38,173 nucleotides of DNA from Octopus sinensis (Eukaryota): positions 1 through 38,173 of the forward strand of contig NW_021829867.1 in assembly GCF_006345805.1 (NCBI RefSeq). Direction: 5' to 3'. Positions within the stretch are counted from its first letter, which is position 1. Every line of letters starts with the position of its first letter. Positions 21,640 through 33,650 of this stretch are shown one piece after another. Both the position numbers and the translations under genes were made by a program. The notes beneath the pieces are model-generated. The model did not search any database. It was not told where the DNA came from and was given only the letters and a program-made list of their open reading frames with translations.

Positions 21640-22110
21640 GAAATATTATGAGAAGAAATTTACCAAAAACTTTCAACCATGATAAAAAATGAATGCCTTG
21701 CTGATGCCTTCCATGAAATGGCACAAAAGACGCAAATCTACATAGAAACACTTTATTCCCTTCTTACATACCAACACCAAAATGAGAACCAAAGCAGAAC
21801 TCCAGAAACGGATATCCACAACCTAAATTCAACCACACAAGACGTACTAAAAGAATTGAATGAACTCAGCTTGGAAAAAGGAGACATACAAAAAGAGAAA
21901 TCAAATGAAAAACATCCGGGTTAAGATATTAAATAAAAGAAACCAAGCCCTAAACAATGAAAACCTAGCCAACACTTATGAACAGTGGAGGGGCAGAGAA
22001 GAAGTAATACTTTCAATAAACTTTCGTATCAAAGAAATAACGTCAGAAGCAAAGGAAGAAACGAAAAATATTTGAGAAAAATCGTTTAGAAGCGACATTA
22101 ACCGGAAATG
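21640..22110 (+). mobile_element. Possible LINE ORF1-like remnant (partial duplicate at 20180-20290)
   Basis: Frameshifted, protein-like run IKNECLADAFHEMAQKTQIYIET..LNELSLEK/..ILNKRNQALNNENLANTYEQWRGREEVILSINFRIKEIT. Family assignment is from recall only. Confidence 0.4.
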
Positions 22111-22685
22111 ATCAATATATTGTTATACGATCAGACGACAGATTTTTCATGTTTTAGAATCGATCTCACTTTTGCTCGATAACTATTGATCATCGATCTC
22201 TTCCCAAATACAACGTCTAAAGTCAACATTAAAATGAAGTATATTTCTAAATTCTTTGTAAGACCCTCCAGTGTTCACATTGTCATCCACCATTCTCTTC
22301 GTGAGGAATCTGTAAAGCTTAAGCTTGATGTGCTAGAAATAGCAGCCAAATATTTCCTCTGAGCAGACGATATATTCATTTAACGATAGTGTCACTTCAG
22401 AAAATCAAGTTATCAATAACGATAATGATTTAAATGGTATATATAATGATTGACATGGAAGCAAACGATACAAATTCAATTAACAATAGTTCGTTTCAGA
22501 AAATTACGTTTGTGAAATAAAGTATATGATAGAGATTATACAATTCTGAAGAGGAATTAAAGGTTTTAGCAGCTTTAAAGTTATGGGAAAAGAATTTTCG
22601 TTATCAAAGTAACAATATTTTATACGAAAGAAGGATGACAGGCGAGGATTTTGTGGTGTGAAGGGTCTTCAATTGTATATGTCCT

Positions 22686-22721
<36 letters not shown>

Positions 22722-22740
22722 TGTGTGTGTTTGTGTGTGA
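22078..22740. repeat. Segmental duplication block, paralog of 33691-34350
   Basis: Colinear match from aaaatcgttta.aagcgacattaaccggaaatg to gaaggatgacaggcgaggattttgtggtgtgaagggtcttcaattg. Confidence 0.95.
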
Positions 22741-22871
22741 TGCAATGAGATACATAACCGTGCCTAAGTGTTTCTTTAATATAAAACTGAATTGAATATT
22801 AATGACAATATTAAATGATAATATTATATGACGTAATTTTACTGTGAAGGAGGTTTAGTCTTCAATGTTTT

Positions 22872-23100
22872 CAGTCTCGTCCACCACACTACTTGTTTAG
22901 CCACCGGGCAGAAGAAACTGCTTTTCCTTTCCGGCCAAAAGAAGGTGGCGGGGCGATCTTTACAATGAACTCGGCTCGTAAACTGGACGGACGAGTGCAT
23001 GCAGGACTATTTCATCGCCCTGCGCACATCCCGACACATCCTTCCGACAACACTTTCGCATCTGTAGAGCTTGTCTTGAATCGGCAGAGCACCCCGGTTT
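22872..23100 (-). mobile_element. Tx1/L1-like LINE 3' fragment (duplicate of part of 35228-36287)
   Basis: Same sequence and same left junction as the 35.2 kb copy. Encodes the degenerate C..C..HAL zinc-finger region. Confidence 0.75.
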
Positions 23101-23160
23101 AGATGTTAGATAGTTTAGATGTGTGTGTGTGTGTGTGTATGTGTGTCTATGAATGCATAT

Positions 23161-23208
<48 letters not shown>

Positions 23209-23444
23209 CATATATAAATATATGAGCATATGCAATAAATCTGAAATATCCAAACTTGCATTTACTAATACATCACATTTACAAATACATGATATATAAA
23301 TATAAGCGCTTACATATATACATGCAAACACACACACATATACGCACAATATATATATATACATATAAACTCCTACATTAATACACAGTATTAAAAACAT
23401 AAAGTAGTCAGCATATATATAGATACCCACAGAAATATAAATAT

Positions 23445-23970
23445 ACTAGCTGAAGGTGACCCGCTCTACGCGCGGGTAAGAGTGTGGTTGTTACTTTCTG
23501 TTGCTTCCTTTCAGCACGTAAAAAGCACCATCCGAACGTGGCCGATTGCAGCACCGCCTTGACTTGCTTCTGTGCCGGTGGCACGTAAAAAGCACCAAAC
23601 GATCGTTGCCACTGCGAGCCCCCCTGGCACCAGTGCCGGCGGCACGAAAAAAGCACTAACTACACTCACAGAGTGGTTGGCGTTAGGAAGGTCATCCACC
23701 TGTAGAAACACTGCCAGATCAGACAGGAGCCTGGTGCAGCCTCCTGGCTTCCGAGACCCCGGTCACACTGCCCAACCCGTGCTAGCACGGAAAACGGAGG
23801 TTAAACGATGATGATGATGATGATTCTCAGTATTTGTTTCTCTCTCCTTTCTCTCTCACTTTCCCACTCTCTCACTTTCCCACTCTCTTACTTTTCTTTT
23901 CTCTCGGACTCTTCCTCGTTTTCTCTTACTCTCTATCTTTATCTATCTCTCTCCCATTTATAAACAACAG
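23445..23970 (+). mobile_element. Possible non-autonomous Helitron-like element hosting a SINE
   Basis: Starts actagctgaaggtgacccgctctacgcgcgggt (ACTAG start plus a short subterminal hairpin), followed by a CT-rich body. The 3' end is uncertain. Confidence 0.3.
23512..23823 (+). mobile_element. SINE family C with (GAT)n tail
   Basis: Three internal gcacgtaaaaagcacc-like repeats, then gagtggttggcgttaggaagg, ending ttaaacgatgatgatgatgatga. Confidence 0.75.
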
Positions 23971-24724
23971 AAGATCTTGAGTAAGTTGAGAAATAAAATA
24001 TTTAGAAAGATCAATCAGAAATATGAGGCAGTAGCAATGGAAAGGACTGCTTCAAGGTAGACAGCAAAACGCTAACATTTAAAAGGGACAGACGAACTTG
24101 CGAGCTGAATAAAAATAATAAAATATTGGAAACCAAAGTTTGAAGGGATAGAATCTGAGGATAGTAGAGTCACCATGGACAACGACGGACAGCAACGTAG
24201 TGACAGTTTAACGGCTGGCGTAAAATTTTGAACTTGATGTAAAAGAAAATTCGTAAACACCAAGTTTTGAAGTGATTCTTTCTCACGACAGTAGACTCAC
24301 CATGGCAAGCATTCAAAACTTCTTTATCATGGACGGCAACACATTGACGATTAAAACGCTGGCGCAAATTTTTTAGCTTGATGTAACAGAGAATTCCTAA
24401 ACATCCGCTCCTTGAAATTTTAATCCCCTTCCAGCCCAAGTTAGACCCCATTTCACATTTTGGTTAATATAACCCGATTTCATTCGGGTCTACTGGGGCC
24501 ACATTTTATAAGATGAGGAATTTTGTCCTAGAGGTGACGCTTTCATTTGAGGAACAAAATAGTTGTCATGCAAACTTGTCAGCACCTTTAACATAGGTGT
24601 GCATATTTTCAGCTGAATCGACCGACTACGTAATGCACACATTATATATATGTGTATATATATATATATGTGTGTGTGTGCACGCATTATAAATACAAAA
24701 AGAAAATATAACATAGAAAATATA

Positions 24725-25040
24725 TCTATATATATAAAACTGTAGTTGTGTGAGTGTCTGTCCCCTTCGATTTAGATTCCTAACTACTCCCACATTTTGC
24801 GGTGCAGTTTAACCAAATTCGGGTATCTTATAGTCGTGATTAATATCGAGCCCGTCTGCGTATTAGCGCGCGTCTACGATGAGTCTGCGATTTTAAAAAT
24901 AATTTTAATGCATATTTTTTCGTGTGTCGATGGCGGCGAAGTTGGCGTCCATGCTCACGCCTGCACCTGTGTTGCTTCTCCCCCTTCTTCCCTCCCTCGT
25001 GAAGCTGTGGGGAAGGGAGTGTAAGGAAATCAACGTCGGG
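24725..25040 (+). mobile_element. Helitron-like 5' portion
   Basis: Begins TCTATATATATAAAA, typical of non-autonomous Helitron 5' ends. It joins the Tx1 fragment at about 25041. Confidence 0.5.
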
Positions 25041-25272
25041 TGTTGGCAGCAAATGGATCGCCTGACCATCGGGACGCATCCTTTCCACAAGAAGCGGAAG
25101 AGGATGCGTTCTAGTTTGGTGATGGTAGGGTCGGGACAAGGTACGACGGTCAGGCAGTAGTAGATGGTGGACGCGATGTAGGCTTTTGCCACCTCCACCC
25201 GACCTTTTAGGGACACTTTCCTCTCGGCCCATTGCTGGGCGAGAGTGACCACCCTGCTCGTTATCTCGTTCC
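25041..25272 (-). mobile_element. Tx1/L1-like LINE RT C-terminal fragment
   Basis: WAERKVSLKGRVEVAKAYIASTIYYCLTVVPCPDPTITKLERILFRFLWKGCVPMVRRSICCQHP. Confidence 0.85.
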
Positions 25273-25303
25273 AGATAGATAGATAGATATGTAGATATAT
25301 AGG

Positions 25304-25367
<64 letters not shown>

Positions 25368-25407
25368 GATATAGATAGAAGATCGATTGATTGATCGATA
25401 GATAGAT
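25273..25407 (+). repeat. (GATA)n microsatellite
   Basis: Directly visible. Confidence 0.97.
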
Positions 25408-26450
25408 CATTTTATTGTTGCATCCTTAAAAATTTCAGGAACACAAACCATAGAGCTTCAATTCCCGTTCGCTGTGTCGATGAGATCCGACAATTCTAAT
25501 TTATGGCGTAGAATTTAAACATAGCTGTAAACAATTCCTTACGTTTGTCATCCATTGGGCTGCGCCTATGCTGGGGCACTGCCTTAAAGTGTTTAGTCGC
25601 ACAAATCGACCCCAGTATTTGTTGTTAAGCCTGCTGCGTATTCTCGCGATCCCTTCCGCTGATTTGCCTAGAGTTACGCAACTTTATACTTTTGATTTTT
25701 TTATTATTACTTACCAGAAAAAAGAAAAACATGAAGGCAATTATCGTCAGCAGCAGGCAATTTTGAATCAGACGTAAATGCTTTGAAAATGACGTGGTAA
25801 AAATGTGAAAAGTTTCAAGTGGTTGTAAGGAATTTAACAAGATACCGATCGGCCAAATTACTGGGACGTAAAAAACCGGAACCTCTTCCCAAGCGGTCAT
25901 AGTGGATAAACTGAAACACATACACATATACATACACGCGCTCACATATACATAGATATATACATATATGTAAAATAATAAATATATATATATATTATAA
26001 CTAAGTGTGTGTGTGTGTGTGTGTATATATAACAAAGTAAGTTGGGGGTACTAATAAATATATATAATTGAAATATAGGATAGAATTTTACGAGGATTTA
26101 TCAAGTAGTTATCGTGAAAAACCTCAGAAAGGATAACTTATTAATTATTCCCTATGAATATATTTATATATATTAAGGGCATTACTTATACATAAATGCC
26201 TCACGCTAGGAGGGTCTCTTGAAGTATAAACTACTATAATGCCCACATTGTACAAAACGCGAGGGAATGCAACCCTCAAAGCGAGCCTCCAGAAACAGAC
26301 GTAGCTGAACATCATATGATTCCGTAATTACTGCACAAAATCCACTTTTCACTCATCAGCGCAGCCTTTGTCAAGACATAAAAATTAACAAAAATCAACG
26401 TACCAGACGAACACTTGTATCCTTGTGTTTGATACAATGTGGTTATTATA

Positions 26451-26808
26451 TTCAGGCAGTCATAGTTGACGGAAGCGATGTACGCATTCGCCACCTCGAC
26501 TCGACCCTTCACGAACAGCTTCCTCTCTGCCAATTTCTGGGTGAGATCGACTATCCTGTTCGTCACCTCTCACCCGTTGTTGTCCCACCTCGGGGTCTAC
26601 AGCAGACCAGACCCCAAACAGTTTAACCTGTCTTTCACTTTAGCGCCCTACAAACTGTCGGTTGGTATGGGTCTGCCTCTCCATCTGCCGATTTGCAGGC
26701 CCACCGACTTCTCTTGGATAAGCTTTGCTCCTATCAACGCTTCGTGGACAGTATTATGATGACATAGTCCGTGTTAGCTGATACGAACATTCCACATCCT
26801 AAGACATA
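26451..26808 (-). mobile_element. Tx1/L1-like RT fragment (duplicate of 35938-36287)
   Basis: Degenerate YADD region (VSANTDYV), KSVGLQIGRWRGRP and KLAERKLFVKGRVEVANAYIAS. Confidence 0.85.
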
Positions 26809-27165
26809 TATATATATATATATTTATATATATATGTTATCTGTGTTTCTAATTATATAATTTCGATTTGAAAATTTCAGTCAGCAGTTTATGATGATTG
26901 GCGGTGGAAGTGGAAGAGTTAAAATGAGAGAGGGGTAGAGGGAGTGATAGAAGAGTGAGAGGGGAAAGAAGAGGAGGAGAGTTGATGTGTACGATTGTTC
27001 GTGTGTGTGTGTGTGTGTGTTTCTCTGTGTGTGATGTAATATATACATAACCCTGCCTAAGCTTTTCTTTAATATGAAACTGGAGGGAATATCACATTAA
27101 CGATTGCATTAAATGATATTTTACTGTGAAGAAGTGAGTGAAATGTTTAGCCGGAAGAAATTTCC

Positions 27166-27265
27166 AATAACAATAATAATTATAATAATAATAATAAAAA
27201 TAATAATAATAGTAATAATATTAATAATAATAATAATAATAATAATAATTATTATATTATTATTA

Positions 27266-27296
<31 letters not shown>
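27166..27296. repeat. (AAT)n followed directly by (ATT)n, a quasi-palindromic AT-rich repeat
   Basis: The repeat strand switches near 27249. Confidence 0.93.
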
Positions 27297-27790
27297 GAGC
27301 AGTGCATGCCATCAAAGTGACACTAGGGTAAAATATACGAAGCCCAGTATACCCATCATGACTACCCGTCTGATAAGGGTACACCAGGCACATGCATCAC
27401 AACCATAAATGCGAAACATGATGATCTCATATCAAGATAAAAAGCACATGACCTTTTAGGTGGGGACCAGTTAGAATTTTCTTCTGGTCGAGTAACCCAT
27501 CCTGCTCAAAAGGTCCCTGAGTAAGAGTTGTTTACGGATTTTGAACGAAACACCCATGTTTCCAGAGGTGAATTATTCAAACCCCAAAGAATCCCTCTCA
27601 ACACATGGCTATGATACTCCCCCACTACTTCTGCTTGTGATCAGAGATGCACATATCATCAGCCACTAAGGGACATGCTCAACTGGTTAACGTCGAGCAA
27701 CTGACAAGCAAATCTGTGGTATTGAGCAGAATATTTGCTGGAGCCCATCCCCTATACCAAGAAGATGGGCTACTCTTCTTACATCTCTTC
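27297..27790. mobile_element. Interspersed repeat embedded between (TAA)n tracts, possibly the UTR of an R4/Dong-like LINE
   Basis: Flanked by (ATT)n on both sides (ending 27296 and at 27809-27855). Recalled as a high-copy octopus repeat, not verified. Confidence 0.4.
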
Positions 27791-27808
27791 AACATCCTTC
27801 AACAACCC

Positions 27809-27855
<47 letters not shown>

Positions 27856-27868
27856 TGCAAATAGGGCC

Positions 27869-28105
27869 GGCATAGCGGTGAGATCTGGCAGAATCTTTAG
27901 TACGTCGGGCGAAATGCTAAGCGGTATTTCTTCTGCCGTTATCTTCGGAGTTCAATTTCCCCCAAGGTCGACTTTGCCTTTCATCCTTTCGGGGTCGATT
28001 AAAGAAGTACCAATTACGCACTGTGATCGATATAATCGGCTTAATCCGTTTGTCTGTCCTTCTTTGTCTTTTCTGTGTTTAGCCCCTTGTGGGTAGTAAA
28101 GAAAC
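27869..28105 (+). mobile_element. SINE family B
   Basis: gcggtgagatctggcagaatc head, ggagttcaatttcc B-box-like motif, gtcgactttgcctttcatcctttcggggtcgat body. Confidence 0.85.
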
Positions 28106-28269
28106 AGGATACAGTAGACATGGACAGTGGAGATTTAACGCTGAGACAATGAGTACACAGTAAAAAGAATAACAATGATATCCGACAAAAGAATATAACA
28201 ATGAAAGTTCGTAATAGGTGCAGGTAATCCCCTGGAGTTGGCTCAGGTACCCCCACCCCAATCCTGAAC

Positions 28270-29270
28270 AACTCGACGCTTCGAGAGCATCTGGGAAGAA
28301 CACTCTCCTTTCTTTCAAATTCACTAGTTCAAAGGCGTGTTATTAGAGTAAGTCCACTCACACGTACCATTTTCGCTATTCATCCACCTTTTGGCAAATG
28401 TACTGGTTGGCAGCACTTCACTCTGCACCCTCATCTTCCTTTCCAAAGAAAATTTGAAAAAGTTGACGAGTGATTGGCCGTAGAGAAAAGTCTCTGCCTT
28501 TAGTCCTTTTAACCTGGTCCACAACACAGCCTCTTTCGCTACTTGCTATTAGACATAAGTAAATTGCCTGACCTTCCGGACTGATTGAAAGTGGATGATC
28601 GATCTTCACTACGGACTCGGCCGATAGATAGAACCACCGTACACGTGATAACAGCTGTTCAACATAACTCCACATGTCAGTAATGCAAGGACACTGGACG
28701 AGTGCGTGCAGAATGATTTCATAGCTCTGCGCACATGTCGGGTAGGTCGGTCAGACAGAACTTCCGTGCTTGTAGAGTTTATCTCGAACCGTCAGTGCCC
28801 CCCGACAGCACTGCATAACAAGGGACTTCTAGAAGTTATCCATCGTCCCCGTCTTGAAAGTCCTCCTCAACAGACTGGTTAGTTCAATTTTGTCAACGCC
28901 TAGCGTCTCTCCAAGTGCTTCATCGCACTTTCCCTCCACTAACCCTCCATAGAGTGGATTTTCTACTGATCGCATTGCCCACCTGGTAGAGGACAGTGTG
29001 TGCCTAGCAACATTCCAGATGCCAGTAACCCTTCCTCGGTCTCTTCTTGACCCACGACTGCAGCTTACTCAAGGAGATGAGATGTGGAAAAGCCTGTTTG
29101 ACAAACGATGACCACACCTGTTCACCATTTACGCAGAATATTTGGAGATGCCGCAGCCCCAGTGCATGTCTTCCACAGCATGCCCAGTGTTCCGGAAATC
29201 GGAAAGCGAAAGCACAAAAACGAAAATGGGAAAAGGGAAAAGTAAAAACAGCATTTAAGAGTTCTCCTTG
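28270..29270 (-). mobile_element. Tx1/L1-like LINE 3' fragment
   Basis: ALPVRDKLYKH..PTCAQSYEIILHALVQCPCITDMWSYVEQLLSRV..LWTRLKGLK..FFKFSLERKMRV..FAKRWM, with frameshifts. Confidence 0.8.
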
Positions 29271-30037
29271 TTAGACATTGAATTATAAGGCTAATAAAAT
29301 ATCAAAAATCTAATCAAGAATAGACGGAATTTTTCAGTTCTTCAAAATATATTTATACTTGACAACGACTGAAAATTCCCGACCTAGAGTCCAATAGAGG
29401 ATTAAGCATCTTAGATCTGAACAGGATATGCACTCTTTCAGCTAAACAATGTTTATATTTATTCGATCCATTCACATAAGTTATGGATTCTCAATTACTT
29501 CCCATCCAGTCACATGTGGTGTTTCGTTTTCTTCCAAACTTAGCCACTTTCGTAGCTTTACTTTTGGCATATGTCGGAAGGGGATTATGTGATTGGCATT
29601 AACGACTTTGAAATTCACCTTAAATAAGCAAAAGATTAAAAGAATAAAAGATTGTGTGTGTGTGTGTACATGCATACAAAAATACACCCACATACGCACG
29701 GATATGTACATAAGCGCGCGCACACACACATATAGGCGTATGGATTATTGTTTCGGTAAGTTGTGTCCACGAGAAAGACACTTCCAGTGCTCTCATCTGA
29801 AAAGCACCAGCATTAACCAGGGGTTAACATTGCGACAGACTGGTATCCTGTGTGTTGTATCCTTGTGTGTTGAAATACGTTCGAAACCGAGATATACTGG
29901 GGGCCTAATGAGCCTGTAGATCAGGCAGAGAATTTAGCTTAGAAAATGCTTTAATGTAGACATTTAGGCATGCGCAGTCAAGTGTTTCTGTAACGTTTAT
30001 GGAGTGGAAGTCGATATGAATATGACAAAAAAAGAAA

Positions 30038-30400
30038 TACCGTATTTTCCGGTGTATAATCCGCTATTTTTTACCTGGGAAATTTAGTGTGCCGCTTAGA
30101 GAAAGGTGCGCCTAATGTGTGTAACTTTTTTTATAGTTCCAGGAGGAAAATAATTTGTGTATGGAGATCGATTTTTTTGGCGGAAAGGTCGGTCGATGAA
30201 AGACTATTGCTACAGGACATTTGTGCCTGGAAGAAAACAAAGCACATTTGTTTTGTTTAAACTTCATGTTTTGATAAAGTTTTTTTTTTATCCAATAAAG
30301 AATTAATATTGACGGAAGGTGTTTGTTGCTGATTATAGTAAGATAAAATAAAAAAATCAACAATACATCTCAAAGTTGAAGAATAAAACATTTTGAAAAT
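30038..30400 (+). mobile_element. Pogo/Tigger-like MITE fragment
   Basis: Starts with the TIR-like TACCGTATTTTCCGGTGTATAA. The second TIR was not found. Confidence 0.4.
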
Positions 30401-30429
30401 ACATACACATCAACAACAACAAAGCTAGC

Positions 30430-31140
30430 AGCGGTCACGTGGTTCCATAAGTCTTTATAAAACACCGGTAGGCTTTATGTGTGGATAAAAACCAAAATTT
30501 TCCCCAAAAACCCAAGCTAAACTTCACAATACAATAATACAAACATTAATAAGCCACCTCAATTGTATAATACTAATCTTAAGCCAACATTCTACAACCC
30601 TGTCTACGAGACGACAAATATTAGTTCCATTACAACCTCTCAATCCGATACTAATATAAATCCCAATTTAGATTCTCCCCACTAACAACAAACCAACCAA
30701 CATCAACATTACTAATAGTAAACCCCAACCACTTGCAACTGTCGCGCATCTGAAATATACGGTATGCAGACACCTGTCTCCTCAAAAGTGTATTGTATAA
30801 GTTTCACGTGATGACCGCATGCACCCACCAGGCAAGGATGTATATTTGGGGCACTGAGGATTTGGAATGGCGTTGTCGTGCTCATATGAATTCTTTCACT
30901 AATCCCAAATCTAAACTATTTCAATCTTTAGCGACACACATATACAACCTCAATTCAAAACAATGTCCAATACGCTCTATCGTGGTCCAAATTATGTGAA
31001 GCTCCCCTCTACAACACAAATATAGGTAAATGTATGTTATGTATAAAAGGGTTATTAACTATTCTTCGCCTCCACAACTCCTCACTGTTAAATTCTCTGA
31101 CGTTATTTTTTATCGTAAGCATAAATACTGCCCGACATTC
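30430..31140 (+). mobile_element. Degenerate Naiad-type Penelope-like element, GIY-YIG 3' part
   Basis: AVTWF..., LKSVLYKFHV..MYIWGTEDLEWRCRAHMNSF..LATHIYNL, then APLYNTNIGKCMLCIKG..LLNS. Confidence 0.65.
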
Positions 31141-31267
31141 ATGCACTTCCCTAATTCCAAATAAATAAAGCTGTAAAGTAAAACAAGTGTCAACCTGACA
31201 ATCGACAAGTGGACACATTCCAAATAGCAAATATGTGTGTGTGTGTCTATGTATACATATATGTATG

Positions 31268-31324
<57 letters not shown>

Positions 31325-31327
31325 CAG

Positions 31328-31387
<60 letters not shown>

Positions 31388-31899
31388 CATATGCAATACA
31401 TATGAAATATCCAAAATTGCATTACAATACATAATATATACATACAAGCTCTTACATACATACATGCAAACACACACACATATACGCACAATATATATAC
31501 ATATAAACTCCTACATTAATACACAGTATTAAAAACATTAAGTAGTCAGCATATATATATATATACCTACAGAAATATAAATATATAACACGCATCCCAA
31601 ATTTATTCCAAGTATTATGATCAATCGATTTTTCATCCTCCTCTCAGCCTCCTAAATCTCTCCAACACACATCACAAATTCTTCAAATTTTTGCTTTTCA
31701 ACCGTCTCTACTCTCATTTGACCCTTCTCGGCTTGAAACAATAATTAACAAAAGTCAAATACTAAGAAAAATACCGACCCGATTTTTTGTACTACTAACA
31801 TTCTTAACCACTCCCTCGTACCTGAAAAGTGTCCTTAAAAAATACCCCACGTAATTTGAGATGGAATTGCTGTTTCATTATTGTACCAGCTAGAAGGGG

Positions 31900-32114
31900 A
31901 TACTCCTTCAACATTCAGATGAATTACTTATTTATTCACATCGTTTAAAATTAAACATACGTTATCTTCTAGCTTTGAGATTTTGATTATGTGATTGCTT
32001 ACTTTTAGAATAACTTTGCATGGTGGTTGTGAAAGGGCTGATCTGTTCAGTTTCAACAGAAAACAGGAAGAATATTTGGGCCCGACGTGGCCAGTGCCAA
32101 TGCTAATGGGTTAA
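31900..32114. mobile_element. piggyBac-like MITE
   Basis: Ends aatgctaatggg-TTAA (32099-32114). The 5' end is a decayed ccttcaacattcagat. Confidence 0.6.
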
Positions 32115-32117
32115 CTG

Positions 32118-32551
32118 AAAATTATGCCGTCTTCGAAACATGTGTCGAGAGTAAAAACCTCGTTCGACTCCATTCTTTCATTTATTCATATAAATAACAC
32201 AAATTTGCAGACAGGACTTAACTGGGTTAAGTAAAAATAAAAGCATAATAAAACATTTTAGGTAATTTGGGGACACAAATTTATGAGGTCTTAAGGGTGG
32301 AGAACCTTTTTATCCCATCCTTAATGCCGTTGAGGAGACTGGACAATGGCCAATAGAAGGCCGATATAATATAATGAAAATCGTAACTTACCAATAAAGT
32401 GCTGTTAGTCTCTGTTCGTAAGAGGTAGTGAATGTTTATATATATCTATATATATATATATATGTGCGCATATATATATATTGCGTCATTTGTTTATTTA
32501 CCATAATTTTTTCATTGAAGTAGCACACAATTATGCATATATATATATATA

Positions 32552-32589
<38 letters not shown>

Positions 32590-32877
32590 AAATATAGATT
32601 GGCGTCTTTATTTCTCATTATATGAATCCGATATTAAAAGTTTGCGTCAGCAGACAAAGTTGGGCGTTGATAGTGGAAGAGTGTAGATGAGAGAGGGGAA
32701 AGAAAAGTGAGAAGAAAGAGAGAGAGGAGGAGGGAGAAAGAAGAAGAAAAAGAGGGTTTTGTGGTGTGGTTGTGTGTTGTGTTGTGTATATGTATATATA
32801 TATATATCAACACGCACACGCAGTTATCAGAATTATATAAACGTAATATTCATGTATTTGTATATGATATATATATA

Positions 32878-32908
<31 letters not shown>

Positions 32909-32947
32909 CTATATATATATAATATCTAATATATATATATATAATAT

Positions 32948-32981
<34 letters not shown>

Positions 32982-33197
32982 GTAGGTGAATGAATTATCC
33001 TAGCATGGAAAATTCGTTTAACCGATACCTGGGTAGCAATTCACGTCGGAAATCACAGTTGAAGTGACCTGTCAAGGGTAGAAACTCCGGGTTCGTGTGT
33101 GTGCAAATGTGTGCAATTGTGTATTTATGAATAAATGAAAGAATGGAGCGAACGAGGTTTTTACTCTCGACACATGTTTCGAAGACGGCATAATTTT
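32118..33197. repeat. About 90-bp inverted repeat pair (32118-32209 / 33112-33197) of Penelope-type terminal sequence
   Basis: aaaattatgccgtcttcgaaacatgtgtcgagagtaaaaacctcgttcg..tccattctttcatttattcata is mirrored almost exactly. Confidence 0.92.
32392..32445 (-). promoter_or_regulatory. Candidate non-coding leader exon / core promoter, copy 2
   Basis: tatataaacattcactacctcttacgaacag|agactaacagcactttattg|gtaagt. Donor at 32391-32386. Flanks are almost identical to copy 1. Confidence 0.4.
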
Positions 33198-33248
33198 AAT
33201 TCCGAAGGAATAAATGTGTGCATTATGTCATCTTCTCATCAGGAAGAT
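33163..33248 (-). ncRNA. Type I hammerhead ribozyme (Penelope-associated)
   Basis: atcttc-CTGATGA-GAAGATGACATAAT...ATTATGCCGTCTTC-GAA-AC-atgt-GT-C-gagagt. Canonical core, long stem II, short stem III, GUC cleavage triplet (C at 33169), imperfect stem I. Confidence 0.7.
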
Positions 33249-33615
33249 TAAGAGCCTCTTTCAGCCACAAGACGAACAAAACTTTTGATGATTGCCTACA
33301 TGGTGACCACAGTGACAATGAGTGTTTTTTTTAAATAATCCGTTATAAGCAATGACTTAAAAAATGGTAGAAGGAGGGAGTAGTAAAAAATAGGTAGGGG
33401 ACAATATGTATGCTGTATGTATGATGATGTGCGGGTGTGTGCTTGTGTTAATGATTGCGAGTGATTGTGTATGTGTATGAGTGTGTATATAACTGCATTT
33501 GTGTCTGTGTGTGTATGTGTTATTGTGTGTGTGAGGTAGACAAACGTGAAATACACTTAGTAGTAAGGTGTGAAATTTGTGTCTGTGTGTTTGATCGTGC
33601 GTGTTATAGAGAGGG

Positions 33616-33650
<35 letters not shown>

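Noticed and set aside
23512-23660. Three 16-bp direct repeats with spacers, superficially CRISPR-like
   Set aside because: They are internal repeats of a SINE in eukaryotic DNA, with no cas genes and irregular spacing.
29740-29762. Plus-strand donor ttcg|gtaagt
   Set aside because: It is an isolated motif with no acceptor or coding signal, as expected by chance in AT-rich DNA.
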